Assembly: GCF_006345805.1 (NCBI RefSeq)
Contig: NC_043018.1
Span: forward strand, 14,880,001-14,944,000
Direction: 5' to 3'
Length of the DNA stretch: 64,000 bases
Source of the DNA: Octopus sinensis
Lineage: Eukaryota
Shown: positions 39,273 through 52,970 of the stretch, in pieces
Position numbering within the stretch: position 1 is the first letter of the stretch
How the letters are laid out: each line of letters starts with the position of its first letter
Made by a program: the position numbers and the translations under genes
Notes under the pieces: generated by a model
Told to the model about the DNA's origin: nothing
The model's database searches: none
The model's input: the letters and a program-made list of their open reading frames with translations, nothing else

Positions 39273-42200
39273 TATCATTATTACTATTATTATTACTATT
39301 ATTCTTGAGTGAGAGAGCAGCAAACACCATCAATACGATGCTGGGGTACAAATATACAAAGCCCAAATACCCATCATGATTACCCATCTGATAAGGGTAC
39401 ACATGAAACATGTATCACAACCTTTTGTATGCAACATGGTGATCACATATCAAGACAAACAGCACATGACTTTGCAGATGTGGTCCGGTTAGAATTTTCT
39501 GCAGGTTGAGTATCTCACCCCAATCAAAAGGTCCCTGAATAAGAGCTGTCCAAGGATGATGAAAGAAACACCAATGTTTCCAGGGGTAAATTTATTTAAC
39601 CCCCCCCCCAAAAAAAAATCCCTCTCAACACATGTCTATGATGCTCCCCCACTATTCAGAGCTTGTGATCAGAGATGCACATATCTTTAGCCACTGAAAG
39701 ACTTGCTCAACAGGTTAAGGTCTGAGCTGGTGCAATTGTTAGCATGCTGGGCACAACTCTTAACAGCATTTCATTCATTGTTATGCGCCGAGTTCAAATT
39801 CGGCCAAGGTCAACTTTGCTTTCATCCTTTCAGGGTCGATAAAATAAGTACCAGTTGTATGCTGGGGTCAATGTAATCAATTTGCCCCTTCTCCACAAAC
39901 TGCAGACCTTGCACCAAAATACGAAATCAGTATACATAGGAAGGGCATCCAGCCATAGAAATCATGGCATTGGTCAGCCTGAGGCTATAGTAGAAGACAC
40001 TTGCCCAAGGTCCCATGCAGTCGGATTGAACTCTGAACCATGTGGCTGAGAAGCAAGCTTCTTACCACACAGCCACTCCTGCGCCGATATGTATGAATAT
40101 GTATGTAATTGAATCCTATAATTTATTTAACCACTTCAGAATGACAGCTGTTCCTCAACCCAGTCTAATGTGTTCTCAATAGAAACACGACCGATAAGAA
40201 TTCAGTTCCTTGGTGACCCATTAGTAGCTGTAAAATGATAAGAAAAAGAGAAAGGTATCTTACCTCCAGAGGCAATGTAGAAACCACTCGGAGAATATTT
40301 GGCAACCATCACATTACCGGAATGTTCTGTGTACATATCACAGCTGTTGGGGTTCTACGAAAACAGAGGAATCATTAGCAGTTAGAATGATGACATAACA
40401 CAGACATTAGACAGCAGGGAATGGGTGGCAGTTAGGGGCTATAGCTAGGAATGCCCACTCTAGTTGGGGCCTGCAACCAGGAACGTGGGCCTGCAACCAG
40501 GAACGTGGGCCTGCAACCAGGAACGTGGGCCTGCAACCAGGAACATGGGCCTGCAACCAGGAACGTGGGCCTGCAACCAGGAACGTGGCCCTGCAACCAG
40601 GAACGTGGGCCTGCAACCAGGAACGTGGGCCTGCAACCAGGAACGTGGGCCTGCAACCAGGAACGTTGCTGTTAAGGCTCTGTAATTAGATGTGTAGTTG
40701 TCATTCAGGACCCTACAACCAGGGATATCACAACTAGAGGTCTAATAGTATTGAGGGAGCAGATGGGGGCAGTAGTAAACCAGGTTTTAGGCTGTGATGG
40801 AGTCCTACAAGCAGGGAAACAACTAACGATATCAGGGTTTAGTAATGACAGTGATATCAAAGTCATTGGGGCTCTAAAACAATGATGTCGTAAATGAAAT
40901 GGGTTTTAAAAGTGAACTTCATAGCTGTTGGTATTCTATACTGTGAATATAGATGAGAAAGAAATGGATATTTAGATGGAACATAATATGAAATATTGTA
41001 TTTGAAACAGACTTACTTCGATGTCTCTGATGACAACATTGTGTCCATTAGTGTAGAGAAAATATTTTCCTTTGGGGTCAGCGCCTAAAACTATAGGCAT
41101 ACCACGTTGGGTTCGGGGAAGAGTTGGAAATGTGGTTTCTGAAAAATAATGACATTTATAGAAGTAAATTTTGTTATGGATTAATTTTTAGCCATTTTTT
41201 ATCTGTTACACTCAAGGTCATGCAGCAGCACTGCTGTTGTACAACTGAATGAAAAATATATTTAAAAACATTAAAAAAAAAACATTCTAAAAACAGAGAA
41301 AATGTCACAGGGAATCAAATTGAATTGGAATTTAACCCCAGACATAGTTGGCCCCTTGGTATATTATATGTAATTGACTAACATTCAGTATCTCCATTTC
41401 CAAGATTGTATTAATCTTAGAGTAGTTCTATGTCTTGAAATGTTTCAATTCTAACTTGGAAGTGTCACAAGTAATTGTTTGATTATTTTGTGGCTTCAAG
41501 AGTCTCATGCCAACTTTATCCAACATGTTTGAGTCAGCCATTTAAGGAATGAGTACACACACACACAAACATTTAAGTCAGTCTAATTGTTTCTTCAGTT
41601 CACAGGTTCATTAGGCTCAAGTCTATTCCCGTTTCTAAAGTAACCAGGTGGTTGAAACTAGCCCCTCTTCAGAATGGAATGTTAATCGGCCACAGGGTCA
41701 AACCCCAGCTTTTGCTGTGACTCCTTTTCAGTTAAGAGGAATGAAGCAACATAAAACAAAGTATTTTGCTCAAAAACACTGAGCCTAGGAATTGAACCAG
41801 CAATCCTAACCACTAGGCTTACATACTTTAGCTGTTTCTTTATTAGAATCAATAAATTCCGTGAATGCTAGTTAATGTTTAGAATTCCATTTTATTGGTT
41901 TGGTAGCCAATGGTCAGTTGCTTCATCTCAACATCATTTCAAGTGTGATCACCTTTACATTCTATTTTGCATTGAGACTTACTTGAGTGTGAAAGAGAGT
42001 TTGGAAAATGAGTGTGAGAGAGAATGGAAACACAAAAATGTGTGCAAGAAATTTTCCATGCAGAAAAAAATAATGAACAAATATAAAAAAAAAAGTTGTG
42101 TTGACATAATAATAATAATAATAATTGTGTACAGTGCTCAGGTGCACTACAACTCATCTAAAGTGTATATATAATCAGGTGTAGTTTCGGCGGATTTCGG

Positions 42201-45200
42201 AAAGCATGAGGGCCTTAAAGGATGCAGTGTCATGGCAGTCAACAACTGACGCAGGCAGTTTATTCCATGCTTCAGCAACTCTGAGCGTGAAAAAATGTTT
42301 CCGAAAGTCCATATCAAGAATCTTGCAAACTAAATGCAAAAACGAAATTTCATTTTTATTTTAATTAAATTTCAAACACAGAAGTTTAATTATCCACTTC
42401 CAGAGAACATCTTAATTTAATCAATTTGAAAATTTAAATAAAAAAAACGGAATCTTTGAACCTAAATTCTTCTTGTTGAGATATGTAAAGTGTTGCTATT
42501 CTCAACTTAAAAATACAAACTAGCTGGTTTTTATGAACTGTACTTCACTTTTGGAAGTGAATATTTCCTCAAAGAAACCAGAAGTCTACGTTCTGATAAT
42601 ACTCATAATAGCTGTGAAGACTTCACTTCCAAAGATATGTTCACAGTTCAAAGTTAACTAGAAGCTAAGCTTTGATTAACTTAGACCATTCCAGTTTCAG
42701 CTTTGCAAGTGTGTTAATGGCACACACACACACAGAAATTATCAAATCAACAAGTTGCTAACCTAGATGTTAGTTTTGGAATAATGTCAAGTTTAGTTCT
42801 TCAACTCTCCGGGGCTAATAAATAACAAACAGTAATGCAAACCATATTAATTAGTATTACAGAGTGGGATTCTCTTTTAAACGTATGATTTATTGCAACT
42901 GTAACATAAATTTGTTTATAGCAAACTGGAGATAGGCGTGGAGATAGCCTGGTGCAGCCTCCTGGCTTCCCAGACCCCAGTCGAACCGTCCAACCCATGC
43001 AAGCATGGAAAACGGACATTAAACAATGATGATGATGATGATCACATTGTTTTCAATTAAGCATGCATTGTCTTTATAGCTTTGCGATTTCAATGATGTG
43101 ATCATTTATTGAATGACAATCACAATGATTGTGGTTGAATGACATTGTAGGATAAGTGTGAGAGGCCAGACCCGGCCAGTTTGAGCACAAAACAAGTAGA
43201 AAATTTGGGGCCAGATATGGCCAGTTTAGATGATAAAGAGTTAATCTATCCCCCAGCTGAACACCACTAGCTGGACCTTGGGTACCTTAATCCCTTCAGT
43301 CACTTTGTTCAATATATTGGATAATTTTTCAGCATAAATTACAAAAGAATTATAGATTATAATTAAGTTGAGTCACAGTTACCAATTCACTGGACATTTC
43401 TAAAATGCATATATATATAACCAAGACCGTGTGATTCTGACTCAGTGTTTGCTCACAAGCTACAGAGGATGGCTGTGCCTTCTTGTAAATCTCACAGCTG
43501 TAAGTAAATTGGTATTTTTTTTTTACCTCGTGTTAGCAAAATTTTTATTTATCCATGCTAAGAATTAAACATGTTGAATATTGAATTCTTTAAAAATTTA
43601 CTCAGTATGAGTTATTTAATTGTATTTTTGTATAAATGAAAAATAAAAATAAAAAAATAGTTTTACTTTTTTATCCATGACTGAAGTGGTTAAAAAAATC
43701 TACTCTAAAATAAACTTATTTCCTTATTATAATGCTTCCTTCTACAACAGTGGTTTTCAACCAGGGTTCCGCCAGTACAGTCCAGGGGTTCTGCAAGAAG
43801 TTACAAAACTGCTAAAATCAGCAGTAATTTTTAATTCTCCTGTGCAGAAGACTATTAAATTATTGCACAGGGGTTTCCCGAGCCAGTGGACTGTTTCCTT
43901 GGGGTTCCGCTCCAGCAAAAAGATTGAAAAGCACTGTTCTACAACAACAACCCATGAGTTGGCAGTGGTGGGGAGAATTACCCTTCTTTTAGGTTATTAG
44001 GATTGCCCCTCTCCCTTCTAAATCACAGAAGCTGACCTTCCTCTCTCACTAGGACTTAGAAAAAAAAAATAATAATAATAAGGCACTTATCAATTACACA
44101 GTACTTCTGTAAGCGCAGCAGTGAGATGGTACCTATTTACGGCCAGATGGATTGAGGCATGAAATAGTAGACCACAAAACAATATTTGAACCTCCAGTTT
44201 ATTTGGCTGGTGGTTCTACACCAAATTATTTCAACCGACTCAATGGAACTGTTGCTATGTGATGGCTTCAGTTAGATCTAAATTTATGAGAATGTATTTT
44301 TACAGAGTACGATATTTAATCCAATATGTTTTTATCTGCCAAATAATATTGAATCTATTACAAGATTCTTAGAATAGAAGCTCTTTCTTGTATGCAGATA
44401 GGAAATTAGTTTTCAAGCAGTAATAGCCATACTTTGGACATATCTAATTGGTTACGGTAACGCCTACACCATCCAACATTGTGAAGAGGAATGAGTGTTA
44501 GTTTATCAACAAGAAATAGCAGATGTAATGGGCTGCTATATCCAAGGATAGAATATAACATGTTATAAGTTTACCAATAAGACCAACAACCAATGCTTTA
44601 GTACAGAACTGTATAGTGATTACACAAGAAAAACAAAACAAAACAAACAAACAAACAACAAGAAGAAAACAAAATAAAGGAAGAATTTATTTCTGGAAGT
44701 TCCACACAGCTCAAATAACAACAGGTTATTTAAAGCATCTCAAGGAAGTGAAAGCCTACAGCTTAAAAATACAAGAAACAGATTGTGTAAGGAAGTAAAG
44801 AAAAAAGTAACTCAAATTTCACAAAGTGGAACATAAATAAAGCATTTGCCATTGATAATGAGACTTCACTTGGCCTGGGATGTGAACTAAAATAGCTATG
44901 AAGAATATTTCTCAATTTTATAGAGCAATATAATTTCAGCTGTCATCTTTAATGTCCTCCTTCCATGCTGGCATGGGTTGGACAGTTTGACAGGAGCCGG
45001 CCAGGCAGGAGCCTGCTCTATACTACTGTGTCTGTTTTGGCATGGTTTTTTTTATAGCTGGAAGCCCTTCCGAACACCAACCACCCGACAGAGTGGGCTG
45101 AGTGCTTTTTACATGGCACCAACACAAGTGAGGTCAGTTTTGGCATGGGTTTTACAGCTGGATGCCCTTCCAAATACCAACCACTTTACAGTGTGGACTG

Positions 45201-46598
45201 GATGCTTTTTAAGTGGCACCAGCACTGGTAGGGTCACCAGGTAACTTTGCAAGACAAGGAATCTTTGGGAGGGAAAGGGGCATTGGAGGAAGTGATCTTG
45301 TGTCAGATGATGAAAGGGTAAAGTGTGACAGAGAGATGGAAACAGGTGTCTTACTGTAGAGAAGGTACATGGTTACCTAACCAGAGAAAGATGGAGAGAG
45401 AAATTCAATAATTAACATTGGGGAGATTTATCTGCAGACGGATTGTATGCAGGAGCTTGGACATAAAGGTCGTGCTTTTTTGGCCTCAATTTTACTTAAC
45501 TGGGCGGTTCTTAAGACTATAGCAAAAACAGACCAACACTTTCAGAAGGAGGAATCGGTAAGAATAAAATGAAAAATTCATACAAATGATTATATTTCAG
45601 AGAAATATGATAAGCATATCCAAAACATTTTATGGCCCCATGGTAGTGGCATTTTAACTTGAAGTACTATAAATAACTAGGTCACCATTAGCCCTCACAT
45701 ACTGAAAGAAAACCACAATAGACTGTGAGGTTAACATCTCCCTGCATCTTGTTAATTCAACTATGAAAACAAGGGCTTTTAAAGACTAGCTTTGATGGGA
45801 ATTGAACTTGCAAGTCTTTCTCTGTGCTAATCTAACTTTCAAGCAAATGTCGCTCACACCCAGTTTCAGAAACCTTGGAAACATCCTCAACAAGGAAGCA
45901 CTACCACCACCACCAACAACAACAACAACAACAACATGCAATACAAAACAAAGATTGTTTCTCTAACATCAGGAAAAAAAAAAAACTACAACCATTTAAT
46001 GAGATAAAAAAAACACAATAAAACACTGAAAGTTTATGAATGAAGAGCCTGGTAGAATAAAATAATGCTTCATTGTTGAGTGTTACAGTAACTATAGCAA
46101 CTAAAAAAAAAAAAATCAAGATGTCTGGCACTGGTTCTACTTATTGGCTTTTCTACAGATTTATATAAAGTGGCTGCTTAGATGGAGAAAAAAAGTTGAG
46201 TTGTTTCATTAGCGGCAGCAGATTTATATAATTAAGCTCTTACAGTAATTGACTTAAAAGCACTAATCAGGTTTGAAGAGGAGATTTAGTTTAAATGTCA
46301 ATAAATCTCAAAGACACAATTCACCGGGATTTTTTAGACAGTCAACTCGGACCAACTTCCAATAAAATGTGATTAAACTTTGTTTTAAGAGATGGGGAAT
46401 GGTTTAAGGCCAGCTTGGAATCAAAAACCATCATAAGGCACAGGAGTGGCTGTGTGGTAAGTAGCTTGTTTACCAACCACATGGTTCTGGGTTCAGTCCC
46501 ACTGTGTGGCACCTTGGGCAAGTGTCTTCTACTATAGCCTCGGGCCGACCAAAGCCTTGTGAGTGGATTTGGTAGACGGAAACTGAAAGAAGCCCGTC

Positions 46599-46641
<43 letters not shown>

Positions 46642-49600
46642 TGTGTGTGTTTGTGTGTCTGTGTTTGTCCCCCTAGCATTGCTTGACAACCGATAGAATA
46701 AGTACTGGGCTTACAAAAGAATAAGTCCTGGGGTTGAGTTGCTTGATTAAAGGCGGTGCTCCAGCATAGCCGCAGTCAAATGACTGAAACAAGTAAAAGA
46801 GTAAAGAGAATATAACAGTGCATCCACATGAAAACAGCACTCCGTCAGTTACGATGACGACGAGGGTTCCAGTTGATCTGGTCAACAGAACAACCTGCTC
46901 ATGAAATTAATAAGCAAGTTGGCTGAGCGCTCCACAGATATGCGAACTCTTAACGTAGTTCTCAGGGAGATTCAGTGTGACACAGAACGTGACAAGGCTG
47001 GCCCCCTTTGAATTACTGGTACTACTCATTTTTTGCCAGCTGAGTGGATGGGAACAACATAGAATAAAGCGTTGTGCTCAAAGACACAATGTGCCACCAG
47101 TTTTCAAACTCACAACCTTACGATTGTGAGCTGAATACCCTAACAACTAAACCACACACATGAAAATATACAGTATCCCACAGAAGTATATACACCCCTA
47201 AAACATTTCAGTAGAATTGCCTTTACTCTGATGATATCAAAGGAAATCAAACAAAATTTATACTGAACTAGCAGTATCGCCCGGCGTTGCTCGGGTTTGT
47301 AAGGGAAATAACTATAAAGCATTTTTAGAGAGTTATAGCCAAAAAATAGCAAAAAAATGGAAAAAAAATTATGGTAAATTTTTTTTTGAGAGTTAAAAGG
47401 TCGAGTTGCGTCCCCTAGACAGTCTGTGGTTTGTGTTTCTGATTCTCGACCCCATGTCGAATTTATCGATTTTTTTCAGAACTGGGGGAACTTTTCAAAA
47501 TTTTTCGCTGCGTTAGTTTTGAATTATGACATTGGGCTATGCGTGTGTCAAGTTTCATCAGAATCGGTTGAAAGCCGTGGTCAGGGTGAGGGTACAACCT
47601 AACAGACACACACACAGACAAACTGCCGTTTATATAGAGAGAGATAAAATATATCATACATGCAAACATTATACAAATTTGGAACACGAAACAATAAACA
47701 TTTTCAAGGCTATATTAGAAAACACTTGCCAAAGGTGCCACGCAGTGGAACTGAACCCAGAACCATGTGGTAAGGAAGCACGCTTCTTACCATACAGCCA
47801 CGCCCATGCTTATAATTTCTTGTGCAAATTAAAAATAATTTTCTTCAAATAACAATGACCAATGTAAAAATGCCAGGAGAAATAGTTTATTAGAATTGAA
47901 ATTATCAGCAATATCTGAATTTAGTAAAAAAAAAAATGGATAAAATATTGAATATAGTAAATTTCCTTCGGGGTGTACATACTTTTGTAACATTTAAAAA
48001 TTGATATTTCATTCATAGCTTTGAAAATGTTTGTTGTTTTGTATTCCAAATTTGTATAATGTTTTGCATGTATAATATACTCTTTACTCTTTACTTGTTT
48101 CAGTCATTTGACTGCGGCCATGCTGGAGCACCGCCTTTAGTCGAGCAAATCGACCCCGGGACTTATTCTTTGTAAGCCCAGTACTTATTCTATCGGTCTC
48201 TTTTGCCGAACCGCTAAGTGACGGGGACGTAAACACACCAGCATCGGTTGTCAAGCAATGCTAAGAGGACAAACACAGACACACAAACATACACACACAT
48301 ACACACATAAATATATATATACATATATACGACAGGCTTCTTTCAGTTTCCGTCTACCAAATCTACTCACAAGGCATTGGTCGGCCCGGGGCTATAGCAG
48401 AAGACACTTGCCCAAGATGTCACGCAGTGGGACTGAACCCGGAACCATGTGGCTGGTTAGCAAGCTACTTACCACACAGCCACTCCTATAACTTTTGTTT
48501 GATTTCCTTTGATAATGGCAATTTCACTGAAATTTTTTAGAGGGGTACATATTTCTGTGAGATACTGTATATGGTGGAAGTCACTTTGGTGCAGCCATCT
48601 GGGTCGCCAGCCCATAGTCAAACCATCCAACCCATGCTAGCATGGAAAGCGGACGTTAAACGATGATGATGATGATGATCTCACACAAACACATCATCAT
48701 CATGCAGACCAATAATCAAAGACATTCTAGCCATGACCATCCCAGATTTTATTCAGCTATAGTACACCAAAAAGAACATTATCCTGTGTATAGTGTAATA
48801 TTGTGTGGTGTAATAATAATAATGATGTTGTTGCCATTGTTCCAGGAGATCAAACAAGTATTCTGAACGTGACCATCCCATCTTTATATATCAGGAACTA
48901 CATTGTCCAATCGCTTCTCTGTTTTAGCTGGTAGAATGTAATTTGGGAGAAATTTGGCTGCTATTTCTAGCAAATAGGGAATCCACCTAGCAGGTCATAG
49001 TGAGAAAAAGTCAAGAGATTCCATTCATCTCAACCATGTGCATCGTACAGGAAACCTGACATTAATTTGAGGTAAGCAGCTGAAAATTACATATTTGCTC
49101 GTTAGAAGTCTCAACAGCAAGCTGCTTCAATCCAAACGTGCAGCTAATGTATTTACTTGTGTAGAGTTGCAAATATAGCAGGCAGGGGATCTAATTTCAC
49201 CTTGTCACTGACACCAGAGTTTGTTAAGTATTAAACCTCTTCTAAAATACTTCACAATAAGTTGATGTCAGAGGCTCCTCATGTGAGCAGTTTGTGTGTG
49301 GATGAGGGAAAGAGACAAGGGGAGAGGAAGAGAGAAGAGGAGAGATGTGTGGGCCACACCTATTCATCTGGTCAGCCACTCACATATCATAGATCTGACA
49401 GATTAGAGCTGTCCTTGGATTACTCAACAAGAAGAACAGCAACATTGTAAAAGCTTCTCGTTTGTATTGTTGCTCACAAAATCACTTTGTTGTTGTTGTG
49501 GTTGTTGTTGTTGTAGTTATTAAAGGCCAAAGTCAGGCCCTGATTGAACTGAATTATGATTAAAGCAACAAGATAAAATCTGTGTCCTTTTTTTCTTTTT

Positions 49601-51318
49601 ATTCAAGTGGTCAGGTGTGATGTGAGGGAGATAAGCAACTATTTCTAGCAGGTCAACTGACTATATAAAAGCTCCTCATTAGCTTGTTGCTGCTGTTGTT
49701 CTTCTTGTTGTTGTTGTTAAGCAACAAGACTGGTAAGGGGTAAGGGTGATTAGGTGATGGTCTAGAGCTTAGGGGCGGAAGACCCCAGACCTTGGGAAAA
49801 AAGAAAACTTTGGTCGTCTTGTTGTAGTCGAGGGCTCTTCGTTGACGCCCGACACCACTGGGAGGAGGTGGCCCTCGAAGTCGCTGGAAATGGAGATCTC
49901 CAGGTCCAAATTCTTGAACAGATGATAATGGAAACTGCCTGAACAGGTTCTTTTCTTTTATTCTTTTCCTTTATATGTTTCAGTCACTTGACTGCGGCCA
50001 TGCTGGAGTACTGCCTTAAAGGGTTTTTGTAAAAGAAATCGACCCCCAGGACTTATTCTTTGTAAGCCTAGTACTCATCTTATTGGTCTCTTTTGCTGAA
50101 CTGCTAAGTTACGGGGATGTAAACACACCAACATTGGTTGTCAAGGGATGGGTGGTGGGGCCAAACACAGACACAAAGACACACCCATAAAAATATATGC
50201 ATGTGTGTATGATATGTCCTGCATTATGATGACGTGCTTTGCTGTCTGCGTGACTGGCCTGAACAGCATATCTCACTGACACTGCTTGTTGTGCCTCCCC
50301 ACCATTTATCAGTAGTGGAACAGCCCACTTCTCACTTGGGGGTGTCCACCACAACAGTGTATGTGTGTGTGTATATATAGAAATATTACATTTCTGAATA
50401 TCTCAGAGAGATATAAGCAGTAGTGGTACGATAGAGTAGTTGTATACTGTCAACTTAAAATTAGAACTCTTATATGTTTGCAAGGACAAGACAAGCATCT
50501 CCAAATAGCAGGCCATGCTACTCCAGACTGATGAAGAGCAAAGCCTCAGAAACTAGTCTCTGGATGCAGGCTTAGCTGGGTGGAGGTGCTTGTCTCCCCC
50601 TTTTAAACATAAGGACACAGGAAATATGTCAAGGCTGACAGAAAGCGTTGATGCTTCCTAGGGCTAAATAGCAGTGGTGTGATTCCCTTCATGGGACTGT
50701 CACATTAAGTTGACAGTATACAACTACTATATATATATAGTAAAAGTATACAACTACTATATATATATATTGTAAAAGTATACAACTACTATATATATAT
50801 ATAGTAAAAGACTTGTTCTATTTCTATTCCTGAGTGCCATACTAATACATTTGTGTTGTTTGTACTCCACTTGCCTTCGTCTTTTGTTTATTTTCGTAAA
50901 CTTTCCCGCTATGTATGTGTGGTAAGTAGCTTGCTAACCAGCCACATGGTTCCGGGTTCAGTCCCACTGCGTGGCATCTTGGGCAAGTGTCTTCTGCTAT
51001 AGCCCCGGGCCGACCAATGCCTTGTGAGTGGATTTGGTAGACGGAAACTGAAAGAAGTCCATCGTATATATGTATATATATATATATGTGTGTGTGTGTT
51101 TGTGTGTCTGTGTTTGTCCCCCTAGCATTGCTTGACAACAGATGCTGGTGTGTTTACGTCCCCCGTCACTTAGCGGTTCGGCAAAAGAGACCGATAGAAT
51201 AAGTACTAGGCTTACAAAGAATAAGTCCCGGGGTCGATTTGCTCGACTAAAGGCGGTGCTCCAGCATGGCCGCAGTCAAATGACTGAAACAGGTAAAAGA
51301 GTAAAAAGAATATATATG

Positions 51319-51358
<40 letters not shown>

Positions 51359-52907
51359 CATTAGTCTGTGAGCCTGTGTCAAACAGACTCAAATGCGCCG
51401 TTTTAGTCCTTCCTTTCAACCTCTCCAAATCAGTCTTCCAGAACAAATCCCCAAACAACTGGGTTTAGAGCCGTTAACTGAAGATGAGAGCAACAAATAT
51501 GATAAAGTGAGGACAATCTGGCTTCCAGGAATGAGAAGTATGCAGCTTTTATCTGACTGGCTCATCTTTTATTGGTTAACATTCAGCTATCCACCATCCA
51601 CCATCCACCAGCAACACTCCTTCGATTGACACAACTAAAGGAGCGTTTGTCTATGCAGATATAGAAAAAACAATAACAACAAACCTAGTTGTGACTTGCT
51701 GGCTTTTCCATCTCACAATTAGTTTCTTTTTCTCTAATTTACAAATGGCCAGAGAAGGGAAAGAAAAACTATTTTGTGAAACTAAACTCAAATTAAATAC
51801 ATTCTCTCTTCTTTTTCTATAGAAATAAAATAATGATGCCAGTTTTATTTGTAAAACTCAATTACATTGTATAATATAATTAAATAACAAGCTTGTTAAC
51901 ACTATTTTACAAATGTATGTGTGTGTGTGTGTGTAAAATAGTGTGTGTGTGTGTGTAAAATTGTGTGTGTATAAAATAGTGTGTGTGTGTGTAAAATTGT
52001 GTGTGTATAAAATAGTGTGTGTGTGTGTAAAATTGTGTGTGTTTAAAATAGTGTGTGTGTGTGTGTAAAATTGTGTGTGTGTATGTACAAGTGTATATGA
52101 AGAGGCAAGACAAACAAAACTGTCTGAATGTGTGTGGGCGTGTTGGTTCAGTGGGTCTTGTACATTTTGGCAATGTTTCAAGCATGAGTAACTTCTCTGC
52201 ACTTTCGTTGTTCCATAGATATGAGGTTGGAGCAAATAGAAGAAACCAAGCTAACCTACATTTGACTCAAAAGACCTCTCTCCTACATTTTGTGATGAAC
52301 CAACAAGTGTGCCTCTATGTGGGTGACTCTACCTGCTAGAAATAGCAGCTGAATTCCCATCGGTACATTGCATATATTCATTAATTCATTTGTTTTACAT
52401 CTGTTTTTTCTACGCTGGCATGGGTTAGACTTATTGAGGTGGACACCCTTCATATCACCAAACTCACCAATTTTTCAAGGAATATTTTTTTTATTCCACT
52501 TGTTATCAAAGTGCAGAACCACAAAATACTGTTTACAAAGTATGCAAACCAGACTTCAGCCGTTTAGTACAAAGAGCATTGTACAGACTCACCAAGTGTA
52601 AATATTCAACACAAATAAACCATAAAAGGCTTCCACACAGTTTCCATCATGCAATTTCACTTCCAAAGCTTTGCCCACCCAAGGCTATTGTAGAAGACAC
52701 TTGCTCAAGGTGCCATGCAGTGGAACTGAACCTGAAACCATGTGGTTGCGAAGCAAACTACAGACCACACAGCCACACCTACTGTCTTCTACACATACAG
52801 ACTTGTCCTTCAGGTGCTGGTGCCACTTAAAAAATGCACCCATGCCAGTGCTACATTAATGGGACAAGAACGCGACAGGCAACAACAAAACATCCAGACA
52901 GTTGGAT

Positions 52908-52970
<63 letters not shown>

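Noticed and set aside
40467-40666. CRISPR-like appearance of the 20-bp array (also the 63-bp and 23-bp arrays)
   Set aside because: No unique spacers, eukaryotic context and no cas genes; these are plain tandem repeats.
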